Assembly: GCA_040387415.1 (NCBI GenBank)
Contig: JAZKDU010000004.1
Coordinates: 185,231-249,230, forward strand
DNA: 64,000 nucleotides
Origin: Bacteroidota bacterium
Lineage (GTDB): Bacteria; Bacteroidota; Bacteroidia; 2-12-FULL-35-15
Direction of reading: 5' to 3'
Below the pieces are notes generated by a model. It was not told where the DNA came from. It saw nothing but the letters and a program-made list of their open reading frames with translations, and did no database searches. The stretch's first letter is position 1; every line of letters starts with the position of its first letter. The position numbers and the translations under genes were made by a program. Shown piece after piece: positions 21,434 through 32,113 of the stretch.

Positions 21434-24400
21434 TTATTCAACAATCAATTTTTGAATTTTCACTTCGGTGTCTGTATTAAATTTAATGTAATAAATACCT
21501 TTCGCTAAATTAGTTACATCAATTTGTTTGTTATAATCTGCAGTAATGTTCTTATCCATCAAATTATATACTTCCTTACCTTGTATATCAACAATACTGA
21601 TCAGTAATTGATTGAAATTTACACTGCCTATAGCAACATTAAATGTACCGCTGTTTGGATTCGGGTAAAGTGTCAGATTTTGGGATAATAAACCTTCGTC
21701 AATACCTGCACATGATTCAACGCTGATAGTTTGAGTGCTTGCATTTGAGCAGCCGTTCACTGTTGCAGTATAGGTAATAATTTCCGGCCCTATTCCGGCA
21801 ATGCTAGGAGTAAACATATTTCCGCTAACACCAGCGCCTGCGTAGGTACCGCCTGATGGTGAGCCGCCTGTTAGTGTAATGGCTGAACCCTGAACACATA
21901 CCGGAGCTGTGAATGGGGACAAGCTTACCGTAGGCAATGGGATTACATTCACTACAACGTTTTGGCTAGCACCCGAACATCCGTTTGCATTTGTTGAATA
22001 AACATACGTAACATTTATCGGGGAAGCGGTGGTGTTAGTTAATACCTCATTCACATTAGAATTACCTATAGTTCCCGGCTGTGTTATTCCCGAAACCGTT
22101 GCGCGGCTCCAGCTAAAGTTTACACCAGGAGTAGTGCTTGTTGCTGTGTAAGAAAATAATGAACCGCTGCATGTAGATGGTGATAAACTGCTGCTTAAAA
22201 CAGGCACCTGGCTAACGGTTACAAGCACGTTTTGCGATACTCCCCCGCAGCTTCCTGCAGTGATGGTATAAGCATATATTACAGTGATTGGTGTTAAAGT
22301 TGTATTGGTTAATATTTCAGTTACATTTCCTGTTCCGCTTGCAGCAGACTGGCTGATACCTGTTACTGCAGCTCTTGTCCAGGTGAGTATTGCACCAGGT
22401 ATGGAGCTTGTAGCTGTATAATTAAATGTTGTTCCACTGCAAACTGTTGGTGGCGTTAATGAACTGGTTAATGAAGGTGCAGGATTAACAATTACTACAA
22501 CGTTTTGAATATTACTGCATATTGTTGCTGTTGTTGTATAAACGTAGGTTACACTAATCGGGGAACCAGATGTATTGGTTAATGTTTCACTCACATTGGT
22601 TGTTCCGGTGGTTCCTGCTTGTGTAATCCCGGAAATAGTAGCACGGCTCCAGGTGAATGTTGCACCAGATGTAACACTTGTAGCGGTGTATGAAAAAGCA
22701 GCACCGCTGCATATTGCGGTTGGTGCCAGTGTACTGCTTAATATTGGTGCAGGATTTAAAAATTCGTCAGCACCCATATCCGGATTACTCGCATCACGGA
22801 GATCAGTATCAATATCAGTTGTTATGCCTGCAATTGGCGTGCCTCTGTGGTCGATACCGCAATTACTTCCAACTACAAGGTGCAGGTCAGTCAAAGAAGT
22901 AAATACAGGTGCAACAGATAATGAATTTACATCTTTCCCAGTTGCAGTTTGCAATGCAGCAAGATTAGCAGCATCGCTCCCAAAATAGCCTAAATTAGGT
23001 GCAGTGCCGCTGTGGTAAACATTATAATTAATATCGGAAAAAACAGTGTTCGAAGCATTACTAATGATGCTATAATGTTCGGTGCCTGTAGTTTGCGTAT
23101 TAGAAAAAATATTGTTTCTGACGTTCAATGCATTTGCGGTGGTTACATTGCTGGTTACATTAAATGCAGCAGGGTAACCTGAGGAGGTCTGATTTGTATT
23201 CATGGATACAGAGTTGTAATAAATATTATACCCTCCTCCATCGTCCACAACTATCCCATAACCATTATCACCAGGTCCATCAAGTGTATAACCTTCACCG
23301 GCAATATCATAAATCATATTGTTGGAAACCGTTAAATTAGAGGAGGTGGATGCAGCTGTTAAATAAATACCATTAGCACCATAACCGCCCGCATCTGTAT
23401 TTTTAATATCACTGATTTTATTAGAATTGATGCTTCCGCCCGAAATGTTTGCAACCACTATGATACCTGAAGTAGTGCTGGAACCATTCGTAGTAACACC
23501 GAAAATAGTATTATTAGAAACACTTACATTCGTTTGGTTAGAAATAAAGATACCTCTGTAACCAATTTTGTTTGCAGGTGTTGCAGAACCAATAAGGTTG
23601 TTGGATATCACAGCAGAACTGTCTCCGGTTGCGGATCCTACTATGCCAATTCCATACGCAACCGTATTTATCGTATTGTTCTGGTAGGTATTGTAAGAAT
23701 TAGCTGTTTCAGCAGGATTTCCTAAAATTGTTCCGCTAGAGGATATAATTGCGGCCAATGTTGTTGTTGGAGCATTACCTGTAATGATACAATTTTTAAT
23801 AGTGTTGTTGTTAGCTCCATCAGTAGCTGAAGCACTGGCTAACCAAATAACAGCAGAAGAGGTTCCAGTATTAGTATTGCTGATAGTCAAGTCCTTTGTT
23901 GTTCCTCCTGAATTAGAGCCGTTAATAGTTACATAGTCAGCACCATTTAATTTTATTAATCCGGAAGTACTGCTGCCAGTAAGTGCTGCAGTCACGCCTG
24001 TATTAGGTTTTATGGTAAGTGTATAATGGGATGCGCAGCCGTATCCAATTGAGTTCAAGGGGTTAATACCGGTTTCAGTTATATTGGAAAGAATATTGGC
24101 TGTAATATTTCCTGAAAGTCCATTGGTATTGATGGCATCAAATAACCCGCCTGTTCCGGTTAACGTTGGGTATGTACCCCCGCTTCCAACGGTAACAGTT
24201 CCGCTGATTCCCGATAATATTTTATAAACATTTATTGTACCGCCTATAGGAAAAGCAGCAGATGTTAAAGCAACACTTACTTGCGGAGCAGCAAATGTTC
24301 CACTGTTAATAGTAATATTAGGTGTTGGTGAACCATTATCCTGGGCCACAATAAAATATTGAATGGAATCGCCAGCAGCAACCCCGCCAAATACTAAGGA

Positions 24401-27400
24401 ATAATCAATGCTTAAACTGAATGGACTTGAGGAGTTGGACGCCTCCTTGTATTTCCAGCCATTGGTTGAATTTGTATTAGTGGTAGGAAGCGTATTTAAA
24501 TTGGTTGTTTTTTTAAACCAGATACGAGGTTTGGTTCCAGTTGTAGTATTTATTCCTGTACCATCTGTAATTACAGCTAATACAGTATCTGATGTTAAAC
24601 AGCTGTTGTCGTTTAATGGAAGATACGTAATGACAGGCGGAGTAAGGTCGGAAGGGATTCCGTTAAACTCGTCTGCTCCAATATCAGGAGAAGTGCCGGT
24701 ACCGGTGTAGCCCAAATTACCCTGGCGGATATTTCCATCGAAATCATCCGTATACGTTGTAATATTTACTGCTCCGCTTTCTACTTGAGTTGCGATGGTC
24801 GTATTGATGTGCAGGAAATTAGCGTTAGAACCGGTTGTTGAAACAAATGTTGGGTTTTCAGTGACTGAACTAATATCGCGCACTCCTATTGTGCCGGCAG
24901 TAAAGGCACCTGCTTTATAAGCAGCAAGTGTTTGCGCGGTGCTAACACCATCAGAGTATATCAGTTTGGTGGTTCCGGGAGTTCCTGCATAAAACAGGTT
25001 ATTATTTGATGTGCTGGAATAATTGGCAAGCATATTAGCGGAACCGGCACTTCTGCGAAAAGCAACCGTTAAGCCGGTACCAGCCGCTGTGGAGGTGTTA
25101 ACTAAAATATTGTTTCTTAAATTAAGTGCTGCGGTAGTAGAAGTTGCACTTGATCCATGATAAAGCGCACTTGTACCAAAATTTATTCCACTTGATGTAG
25201 CATTAATATATACCGTATTATAATAAACATTAACTGTTGAACCGGTTGTAACGGAAGTGACACTTATACCGCGGATTGCATCCGTAAATGCAGAAGCGGT
25301 TGTTCGCAAATCCCCAATAATATTGTTATAAGCATTAACAGTTATACCATCGGTGACAGACAAACCATCCACAGCTCCGGAAGCATTTGAGTTACTTAAA
25401 TAATAAACTTTGTTTTTGTAAACATTTTGAGCGTTTCCGCCTGTTATGGCAATTCCGGTTACCGTTCCGCTGCCCGATGATAAAAGGCTATCTACGGTAT
25501 TACTGAAAAAATTTTGATTTCCTTCAGACGATACTATACCAGTAATATCAGATCCTCCAATAATGTTACTAATGGTATTACCTGAAATATTGTTGGACGC
25601 ATAGGTGTTATCAGAATAAGCTACATTTAGTATAGTTACTGCACCAGAGCCGGTTGTTATGTTACGAAATGTATTATTGGTAACGGTTTTCCTTGAACCT
25701 GCGCCTGAAGTAGGTCCGTCACTTGACCGCCATCCTAAAATATCGGTCGCACCTGAAAATGTTAAGTTAGAAAAATTATTTGATGTGTTGGTTTCCGTAA
25801 CGGTTACAGGTGAAATATAATAAGAATTGTAAAATAACACAGTCCCTCCTGCACCAGCATTGTTATATGCAGTTACAACTGCATTTGAATTAACAGTATG
25901 AGAGGAACCTGCATTGTGTGTAACATCGTTCGAAATAAAAGTTATATCACCCGTAGTATTAACGTTTAAGTTGGTAAACGTATTCGAGTTGATTATAGAA
26001 GGGCCCGTAAAAAAATAATTTATTATATAAGTATGATCTCCACTGCCGGCAACGGAGTTGGTGATGCCTCGGAAATCATTTCCAGTAATTGTCAGTTGAG
26101 CAGCGCTTGCACCATCCTCATTGGAGATCCCTGTTAATGCTGATGAATTTGCAGCACTATAAGTAATTAAACCACCAGTTGCATTTCCAAGTTGATTGTC
26201 TTTAATATTAATACCAGCCGTAACAACTCCTATATTTTCAATTCCCATAAATGGACCGGAAGTGGAAGATATGGCATTGCTTCTAATTATGTTGTTGTTA
26301 ATGTTTAATGTAGCAGCGTCTGCAGCGTTTAGTATACAGTTAAAGCTGCCGGTACCCGAATTACTTCCGGATATTATATTATTCGTGTTGATAGATACAG
26401 TTCCGGTTCCTCCAGAATTTACGATGCCATTAAATATGGAACCTGAAGTGCCGTAAGTAGAACCGTTCTGTATTGTATTTCCGGTAATTGAAATAGTACC
26501 GGTTGCTGCGTTGGTAATACCAGAAAATTTACAAACACCTGTGGTTGTAGTTCCGTTAGTTCCAACGGTAATAGAATTGGCTGTTGCTGTACTGCCGATT
26601 GTATTACCTGATATGGTATAGTTACCAGCAGTGCCTGCTGTATTTATACCATGAAATGTATATCCTATTGATGCTGTTCCACCTGTTAAGATAGATCCAA
26701 TGCTATTGTTTTGAATGTTCACTGTGCCGGTAGATGTTGCAGAAATGCCGGAAAGGTAAGAGAGTGAAGTGGTAGAAGTAACAGAAATGCTTCCGGTACC
26801 CGTTGCAGCCCCAATTGTATTTCCTGTTGTTGTACCAATATTTACAGTCCCGCCCAATACACTAATTCCTGAGAATATTCCGGGTGCGATACTTGCTCCG
26901 CTTGTTGTGGTAAGCGTAATACCTGTAATAGTATTTCCCTGAATGCTGGAAGCAGGAGTTGCAGCAGCCGTTAATTCAATACCCATAAACCTGTTTGCAA
27001 AGCCTCCATCGTATGATGTTACGCCAGTTGCAGTTGACGTGGCATAACCGATTATATTATTACTGATGGTATAACCGCCACCAGTAGCGGTGGTAATGTT
27101 GATTGCTCTGTGTGTGTTACCCGCAGTTGATGTTCTGGCAGTAGTTTGAAAAAATTTATTCCCGGTAATAGTCCAGGAAGCGCTGAAAGAAGAAGCAAAA
27201 ATACCATTAGAGGGAGATGCCGGGCTGTAATAATCCTGTATGCTATTGTTTGTAATTGATATCCCGCTATTATCAACAGTGGCAGAAGTACCTGCAGATC
27301 CAATTGCATTAAAAGGCAAGTTGGTGCCAGCCGCTTTAATTGTACAGCCGGTTATGGTATTGCCGTCATTTCCGGTAGACACACCTGATGCAAAACCAAT

Positions 27401-27916
27401 AGTAGCAAGTGAAATAGAAGTGCTCGAGCCTTCTATTGTACAATTTTGAAGTGTATTGTTGCTTGCATCGGCACTAAAAACGATAGTTGTAGCTCCGGTA
27501 CTGCTTGTGCTTGTATTAGAAATTGTAAGCGAGTTACCTCCCGTATTTAAGCCATTAACTGTAACATTATCGGCACCATTGAAGGCGATAAGAGGGAATG
27601 GTAAAGAACCTGTAACGGTTACTGCTGTTCCACCGCTAGGGGATATGGTTAAACTTGTCCATAATCCGGTTGGTTGATTTAATACAGCGGGTGCCAGCTC
27701 GGTTGTACTGGCTGTAAGGCTTATTGTAATGGTGTTTCCAGTTTGGCTGGCATTGGAATTAATCGCATCAAAAGCTGCTTTAAGTGAAGTGTAGGGACCA
27801 TTAGCACCAGTAGAACCTGCTACGGTAACCTGCGCATACGCATTGATAGAAAGTATCGCAATTAACCCAAACAAAAGAAATTGTAAGCGTTTTTTAAAAT
27901 TGTAAGTATTTTTCAT
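21434..27916 (-). CDS. 2160-aa secreted right-handed parallel beta-helix repeat protein with a T9SS type-A C-terminal sorting domain
   Basis: Signal peptide MKNTYNFKKRLQFLLFGLIAILSINAYAQ. Hundreds of Gly/Thr/Asn/Ser-rich degenerate N..I.G.T/SNN.I pectate-lyase-like coils. Four ~85-aa repeats lie near the C-terminus. The terminal 80 aa, LTLYPNPNSGTFNV...DIQGKEVYN...KGIYYIKFNT...QKLIVE, match the Por-secretion-system (type-A) CTD. Confidence 0.8.
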   Translation of the reverse strand: MKNTYNFKKRLQFLLFGLIAILSINAYAQVTVAGSTGANGPYTSLKAAFDAINSNASQTGNTITISLTASTTELAPAVLNQPTGLWTSLTISPSGGTAVTVTGSLPFPLIAFNGADNVTVNGLNTGGNSLTISNTSTSSTGATTIVFSADASNNTLQNCTIEGSSTSISLATIGFASGVSTGNDGNTITGCTIKAAGTNLPFNAIGSAGTSATVDNSGISITNNSIQDYYSPASPSNGIFASSFSASWTITGNKFFQTTARTSTAGNTHRAINITTATGGGYTISNNIIGYATSTATGVTSYDGGFANRFMGIELTAAATPASSIQGNTITGITLTTTSGASIAPGIFSGISVLGGTVNIGTTTGNTIGAATGTGSISVTSTTSLSYLSGISATSTGTVNIQNNSIGSILTGGTASIGYTFHGINTAGTAGNYTISGNTIGSTATANSITVGTNGTTTTGVCKFSGITNAATGTISITGNTIQNGSTYGTSGSIFNGIVNSGGTGTVSINTNNIISGSNSGTGSFNCILNAADAATLNINNNIIRSNAISSTSGPFMGIENIGVVTAGINIKDNQLGNATGGLITYSAANSSALTGISNEDGASAAQLTITGNDFRGITNSVAGSGDHTYIINYFFTGPSIINSNTFTNLNVNTTGDITFISNDVTHNAGSSHTVNSNAVVTAYNNAGAGGTVLFYNSYYISPVTVTETNTSNNFSNLTFSGATDILGWRSSDGPTSGAGSRKTVTNNTFRNITTGSGAVTILNVAYSDNTYASNNISGNTISNIIGGSDITGIVSSEGNQNFFSNTVDSLLSSGSGTVTGIAITGGNAQNVYKNKVYYLSNSNASGAVDGLSVTDGITVNAYNNIIGDLRTTASAFTDAIRGISVTSVTTGSTVNVYYNTVYINATSSGINFGTSALYHGSSATSTTAALNLRNNILVNTSTAAGTGLTVAFRRSAGSANMLANYSSTSNNNLFYAGTPGTTKLIYSDGVSTAQTLAAYKAGAFTAGTIGVRDISSVTENPTFVSTTGSNANFLHINTTIATQVESGAVNITTYTDDFDGNIRQGNLGYTGTGTSPDIGADEFNGIPSDLTPPVITYLPLNDNSCLTSDTVLAVITDGTGINTTTGTKPRIWFKKTTNLNTLPTTNTNSTNGWKYKEASNSSSPFSLSIDYSLVFGGVAAGDSIQYFIVAQDNGSPTPNITINSGTFAAPQVSVALTSAAFPIGGTINVYKILSGISGTVTVGSGGTYPTLTGTGGLFDAINTNGLSGNITANILSNITETGINPLNSIGYGCASHYTLTIKPNTGVTAALTGSSTSGLIKLNGADYVTINGSNSGGTTKDLTISNTNTGTSSAVIWLASASATDGANNNTIKNCIITGNAPTTTLAAIISSSGTILGNPAETANSYNTYQNNTINTVAYGIGIVGSATGDSSAVISNNLIGSATPANKIGYRGIFISNQTNVSVSNNTIFGVTTNGSSTTSGIIVVANISGGSINSNKISDIKNTDAGGYGANGIYLTAASTSSNLTVSNNMIYDIAGEGYTLDGPGDNGYGIVVDDGGGYNIYYNSVSMNTNQTSSGYPAAFNVTSNVTTANALNVRNNIFSNTQTTGTEHYSIISNASNTVFSDINYNVYHSGTAPNLGYFGSDAANLAALQTATGKDVNSLSVAPVFTSLTDLHLVVGSNCGIDHRGTPIAGITTDIDTDLRDASNPDMGADEFLNPAPILSSTLAPTAICSGAAFSYTATSVTSGATFTWSRATISGITQAGTTGTTNVSETLTNTSGSPISVTYVYTTTATICSNIQNVVVIVNPAPSLTSSLTPPTVCSGTTFNYTATSSIPGAILTWTRAAVTGISQSAASGTGNVTEILTNTTLTPITVIYAYTITAGSCGGVSQNVLVTVSQVPVLSSSLSPSTCSGSLFSYTATSTTPGVNFSWSRATVSGITQPGTIGNSNVNEVLTNTTASPINVTYVYSTNANGCSGASQNVVVNVIPLPTVSLSPFTAPVCVQGSAITLTGGSPSGGTYAGAGVSGNMFTPSIAGIGPEIITYTATVNGCSNASTQTISVESCAGIDEGLLSQNLTLYPNPNSGTFNVAIGSVNFNQLLISIVDIQGKEVYNLMDKNITADYNKQIDVTNLAKGIYYIKFNTDTEVKIQKLIVE
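21590..22590 (-). repeat. 4x ~255-nt coding tandem repeat near the 3' end of the beta-helix gene (85-aa module P.L.SSL.P...CSG..F.YTATS...G..F.W.RA.VSGI.Q....G...V.E.LTNT...PI.V.Y.Y.....CS...QNV.V.V.P)
   Basis: Protein-level repeats are visible. They produce the long antisense shadow ORFs at 22575..22988 and 22690..22902. Confidence 0.7.
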
Positions 27917-28019
27917 GCCTTATTATATATAAATTTATTTTTATTACGATTCAATCTGTTGCGAAAATAGGAAAATATTCAATACCAATTAGTTAGAGGG
28001 ATAGTTAAAGGTTAAAATG

Positions 28020-28712
28020 TTACAGAAAGCCCATTAATTCCTTTAAATTTTTTATTTCGTAAGTAATATTTTCTTCATGTTTTTGTTCAGCAGGATTAAA
28101 ATAAACCTGGTGAAGCCCTGCTGACCTGGCACCAATAATATCGGCTTCTAAGCTATCGCCAATCATCAGGCTGCTTGTGGTTGTGGTTTTAACAGAATCA
28201 ATTGAATATTGAAAGATACGGGTATCTGGTTTTTTAAATCCTGAGCGTTCAGAAGTGATTATTTCACCAAAATAGCCTTGTATACCGCAGTTTTTAATTT
28301 TAATATGCTGCACTTCCTCAACACCATTAGTGATGATATGAAGTTTGTATTTTTTATTTAAATAGTCTAAAACCTCTATTGCATGAGGGAATAAATTGGT
28401 TTTTAATGGAGAAAGGGATATATAATCGTTTCCAAAATTTTCGGCTAAACTCCGGTCTGTGATGCTGTATTTAACTAGTGCCTGGTAAAAACGGTCGTAA
28501 CGCAAGGTGTTTTTATCAATTAACCCATTTCCATACTCAAGCCACATGCGCTCATTAATGTGATAATAATCCGTAATAAAATCATCAATGGAAACCACAC
28601 CTTTACTTTTGAGCTTGTATTTGTCAGAAAGTTCTAAAAGAGTTTCACGGGAATTGGTGTCAAAGTCCCAAAGTGTGCGGTCTAAATCAAAGAAGATATG
28701 TTCGTATAACAT
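28020..28712 (-). CDS. HAD-superfamily hydrolase, YjjG-like noncanonical pyrimidine nucleotidase type
   Basis: HAD motif I FDLDRTLWDF. Motif IV region MIGDSLEADIIGARSAGLHQVYFNP. Confidence 0.7.
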   Translation of the reverse strand: MLYEHIFFDLDRTLWDFDTNSRETLLELSDKYKLKSKGVVSIDDFITDYYHINERMWLEYGNGLIDKNTLRYDRFYQALVKYSITDRSLAENFGNDYISLSPLKTNLFPHAIEVLDYLNKKYKLHIITNGVEEVQHIKIKNCGIQGYFGEIITSERSGFKKPDTRIFQYSIDSVKTTTTSSLMIGDSLEADIIGARSAGLHQVYFNPAEQKHEENITYEIKNLKELMGFL

Positions 28713-29157
28713 CGTTTAGTGGCTTGTATAAATAATACATGGTAATGGCCCAGAATAAAATGGAACCAAACATATATATTAGTATGCGTTGTTTATCTTT
28801 AAAATAACGAACGGCTATAAAACAGCCTATTGGTATAGAGAGTATAAGCGGTGTGATCAGTGCTATTCCAAACAGGCCAAAACGATGCTTAACAATAACA
28901 ATTATTTTATTTGTTCGGGTAAATATCTTTTTTTTAGGCTTCGGGTTATCAATCTGCTTTTGAGCCTTCCGTTTTTTAAAATAGGAAATCAGTTTGTTGC
29001 TTGAATATACAAAAAAGGTAGCACCTGTAAACCCGCCAAGTGAAGTAACTGTAACGGCTTCAAAAAAAGTAAATTCGTAATACATTACAGCAAGTGGAAT
29101 ACCTCCCAAAACAAACTTCACTGTACTCATTAAAAAAACAGATACTACCGCCCACAT
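28687..29157 (-). CDS. small integral membrane protein, hypothetical
   Basis: Four predicted hydrophobic helices. A Lys-rich loop KKRKAQKQIDNPKPKKK. Tightly packed in the operon, with a 26-nt overlap with the downstream HAD gene. Confidence 0.4.
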   Translation of the reverse strand: MWAVVSVFLMSTVKFVLGGIPLAVMYYEFTFFEAVTVTSLGGFTGATFFVYSSNKLISYFKKRKAQKQIDNPKPKKKIFTRTNKIIVIVKHRFGLFGIALITPLILSIPIGCFIAVRYFKDKQRILIYMFGSILFWAITMYYLYKPLNDVIRTYLL

Positions 29158-29172
29158 GATTCATTCAATAGG

Positions 29173-29820
29173 TTATATTTTTTTTCCGTAAGCAAGATCT
29201 CCTGCATCACCCAATCCGGGAACAATATAGGATTTTGCTGTCAACTCTTCATCAACTGCCCCACACCAGATAGTAACGTTTTCCGGTAAATTCTTTTTTG
29301 CGTATTCAAGTCCTTCTGCACTTGCAATAAGGGTTATAATGTGCGTGTGCTTTGGTTTTCCGCGAAGCAGCAAAGCTTTGTATGTTAATACAATAGATGA
29401 CCCGGTAGCCAGCATTGGATCGCAAAGAATCAATTCCTTTTCGTTCAAATCCGGACTAGCCAGATATTCTAACTGAATATCAAAAGTCCCGTTTTTATGG
29501 TGTTTACGATAGGCGGAAATAAAGGCATTTTCAGCCCTGTCGAAATAATTTAAAACACCCTGGTGTAAAGGTAAACCAGCACGTAATATACTTGCAATTA
29601 CAGGTTGTTCTTTCATCAGCGAAACGTTAGCAATACCTAGTGATGTAATTACTTCACGCATCTCGTAAGCAAACGTTTTACTAAGTTCATAACTTATTAT
29701 TTCACCCATACGCTCAATATTTCTGCGGAAGCGCATACTGTCTTTTTGAATGTTTTCATCCCTGATTTCAGAGATATATTGATTAAATAAAGAGTTATGA
29801 TTTCCTACAATGTGTACCAT
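29173..29820 (-). CDS. upp: uracil phosphoribosyltransferase
   Basis: PRPP-binding motif ILCDPMLATGSS and C-terminal IVPGLGDAGDLAYG. 215 aa. Confidence 0.9.
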   Translation of the reverse strand: MVHIVGNHNSLFNQYISEIRDENIQKDSMRFRRNIERMGEIISYELSKTFAYEMREVITSLGIANVSLMKEQPVIASILRAGLPLHQGVLNYFDRAENAFISAYRKHHKNGTFDIQLEYLASPDLNEKELILCDPMLATGSSIVLTYKALLLRGKPKHTHIITLIASAEGLEYAKKNLPENVTIWCGAVDEELTAKSYIVPGLGDAGDLAYGKKI

Positions 29821-29865
29821 AAATAATGAGTGATTTTATTGTTACGAATAAAGCTGATTAATTAC

Positions 29866-30786
29866 CTATTGTTTCTTACTGATCCATTTTACAATGGACG
29901 GCAGTGAATTTTTTTTCAGTTGTAAATATACACAATCTTTTGCACCAAAACTTTTATAAAAACGGGCAACCGTTTCAACCGATGATCCACCAAAATCAAG
30001 GACTGTGTTCGTTTCTGCATTTTTTTTGATAATTGTATCAAATAAAAACTGCATTGCTCCGCTGTTTTTACCCTGATCGGTAACCCCGCTTTTTAAAAAA
30101 GTTAAACGGCTATTGTTTTTCATAAAAAAACCAGCTGCACAAAGCGTATTGTCTTTGTCATATACAGCAATAGATTCGGCCCTTTTCATTTTTTCAGCTG
30201 TTTCCATTAGCTGAACCAGTGATTTATAATCTCGTTCTTTCAGTTCTTTTAATTCCTTTCCTTTTGTTAACTTGAAAAGATCAACAATTTTTTGTGCTTC
30301 AATCCCTGACCTAACCACTAATCCGGTGTTTACGGCCTTTTTTATATTTCGTTTTGTATTGTCGGAGTATGCTTTGTAAAGTGCTTCGTAATCAGCATTC
30401 AGATTTAATAGCTGATAAACGCGTTCTTTTTTCGAAAATTCAGGAAAATTAAAAATGGTCGTTTCATTTACTGCAAATTCAATGAACTTATATTTATGGG
30501 GAATGGCTTCAAATAAAGAATTGACGGACTGTTCAGTTAATGCCCTTTTTGAAAAGGCACCGAAGTAACGTGTGAAAAAAGGCTGATATAAATAGCTGAT
30601 GGTGTATTTTGATCTTGGTGCTAAAGGAAATACGGTTTCATAATCATTCAATACCAAAGCAGACCAATTTGCACAAACCGCATCTAAGTACCATGAATAA
30701 ACATAAATAGAAGAGTTAGCACTTTGCTGAATACAACGATCCCACTTTTGTTTGTCAATATTTTTATACTCAATAAAACGTATCAT
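29866..30786 (-). CDS. FemAB-like / GNAT-fold acyltransferase-family protein, hypothetical
   Basis: 306 aa. Fold-level resemblance to the FemAB-type GNAT (Acetyltransf_6-like) family. It sits between a putative deacetylase-like gene and upp in a sugar-nucleotide operon. Assignment is by general pattern only. Confidence 0.4.
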   Translation of the reverse strand: MIRFIEYKNIDKQKWDRCIQQSANSSIYVYSWYLDAVCANWSALVLNDYETVFPLAPRSKYTISYLYQPFFTRYFGAFSKRALTEQSVNSLFEAIPHKYKFIEFAVNETTIFNFPEFSKKERVYQLLNLNADYEALYKAYSDNTKRNIKKAVNTGLVVRSGIEAQKIVDLFKLTKGKELKELKERDYKSLVQLMETAEKMKRAESIAVYDKDNTLCAAGFFMKNNSRLTFLKSGVTDQGKNSGAMQFLFDTIIKKNAETNTVLDFGGSSVETVARFYKSFGAKDCVYLQLKKNSLPSIVKWISKKQ

Positions 30787-30801
30787 CTTGATTCGGGCTT
30801 T

Positions 30802-32106
30802 TTATTTAATAGCATATTTTACCATGTCTTCATAAACAACCTGCCAGCCCCGCCACAAATTCTGGTCATTTAGTGTGTCGTTGTGCCAAAGGCTAATGAA
30901 TTGGCCGTTAACAGCCTTTGCTTCATCAATCAGTGGTATTATTTTTTCCATTGCATCTTCGGGATGCACGTGCATATAATATTTTAATGTGCCCTCCATT
31001 ACCGCAAATGGATGAATTTTCAATTTCGTTTCCAGCTCCATGTCAATATCATAAAAATTAAAAGGAGAGCAGATGCTGGCCCTGTATCCAACCTGGGAAG
31101 CAAAGCCCATTGTATAATCATCAGTAATGTCCAGATCTACCAGGTTACGGTAGGTTTCCGGTAATGTTAGTTTTAAAAAATGCTGACGGCTTTTGGTAAC
31201 ATCGCGATGTAATACTTTTGATAGACGTTCCACTTCTTTCTTTAAACGATCTTTGCTTTTGTTTGATCCATAGGATGGGTGAATGCCTATCTGAGCATAA
31301 TCTCCAAGCATTTTGATCAGTGACTGAAATTTTTTGCTGTCTACAGGCAGGTTCTTATCATTGACTCCGTAATCGCCCAACAGAAAAAAATAAATACTGT
31401 TTAAATTGTATTTCTTTATCATCTCCAGTTGATATTCGTAAGTATCATACGGGTCTTTTTGAGTCCCCAGCATAACACACGTGCGATCTACAATTTCCTT
31501 CATACTTAATTTGGAGATGGATTTTAAATATCCTCCAAGACTGCGCGTGAAGCCCTTTTCGCGGTATGCATAAGCATTGTCAATGTCGATGGTTGAAATA
31601 AATTCATATTTCATTTCAGGGAAAACAACCTCCGGATATTTTTCCTGGATAAGCTCTTTGATCCACATTATCCATATGTTTACAAGGGGCTTTTGGAGAA
31701 AGCCATTCATAAATGCAAGACTATTTTCTGCAATAAACCGATCGTGCTCATCACGTATGTGTGGCAGGTATTCTTCATAACGGCTTACTAAATAAAAGCT
31801 CGCTGCAAAAACATCGAATGGCATTGCAGAGGCTTTACCGGTGGCAAAAAAAGCCTTATGATCTTTATAATCGAAAACGGAAATATTTTGTTCTGTTATA
31901 CCGGTTTCAAATAACAAACCGCGTGAAATAAAAAATAACTCATCAGCCAAAGGGTTGTTGGTATAGCTTAATTTTGGGCCGTTGTAGGTTTTGAAGTACT
32001 CCGCATTCACCGTCAATTCAAAATCAATACCTAGTATATCTTTAAATATTAAATTTAAAATATATCTGTTACGATGTGTTGTTTTATGTGTGTATACGAG
32101 CAGCAA
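30802..32106 (-). CDS. hypothetical protein, possibly a polysaccharide-deacetylase-like (CE4-like) enzyme; function uncertain
   Basis: 434 aa with no signal peptide. Immediately downstream of wecB, with a 7-nt gap. The His-containing motifs GIHPSYGS and RQHFLKL are only suggestive. Confidence 0.3.
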   Translation of the reverse strand: MLLVYTHKTTHRNRYILNLIFKDILGIDFELTVNAEYFKTYNGPKLSYTNNPLADELFFISRGLLFETGITEQNISVFDYKDHKAFFATGKASAMPFDVFAASFYLVSRYEEYLPHIRDEHDRFIAENSLAFMNGFLQKPLVNIWIMWIKELIQEKYPEVVFPEMKYEFISTIDIDNAYAYREKGFTRSLGGYLKSISKLSMKEIVDRTCVMLGTQKDPYDTYEYQLEMIKKYNLNSIYFFLLGDYGVNDKNLPVDSKKFQSLIKMLGDYAQIGIHPSYGSNKSKDRLKKEVERLSKVLHRDVTKSRQHFLKLTLPETYRNLVDLDITDDYTMGFASQVGYRASICSPFNFYDIDMELETKLKIHPFAVMEGTLKYYMHVHPEDAMEKIIPLIDEAKAVNGQFISLWHNDTLNDQNLWRGWQVVYEDMVKYAIK

Positions 32107-32113
32107 ATTCTTT

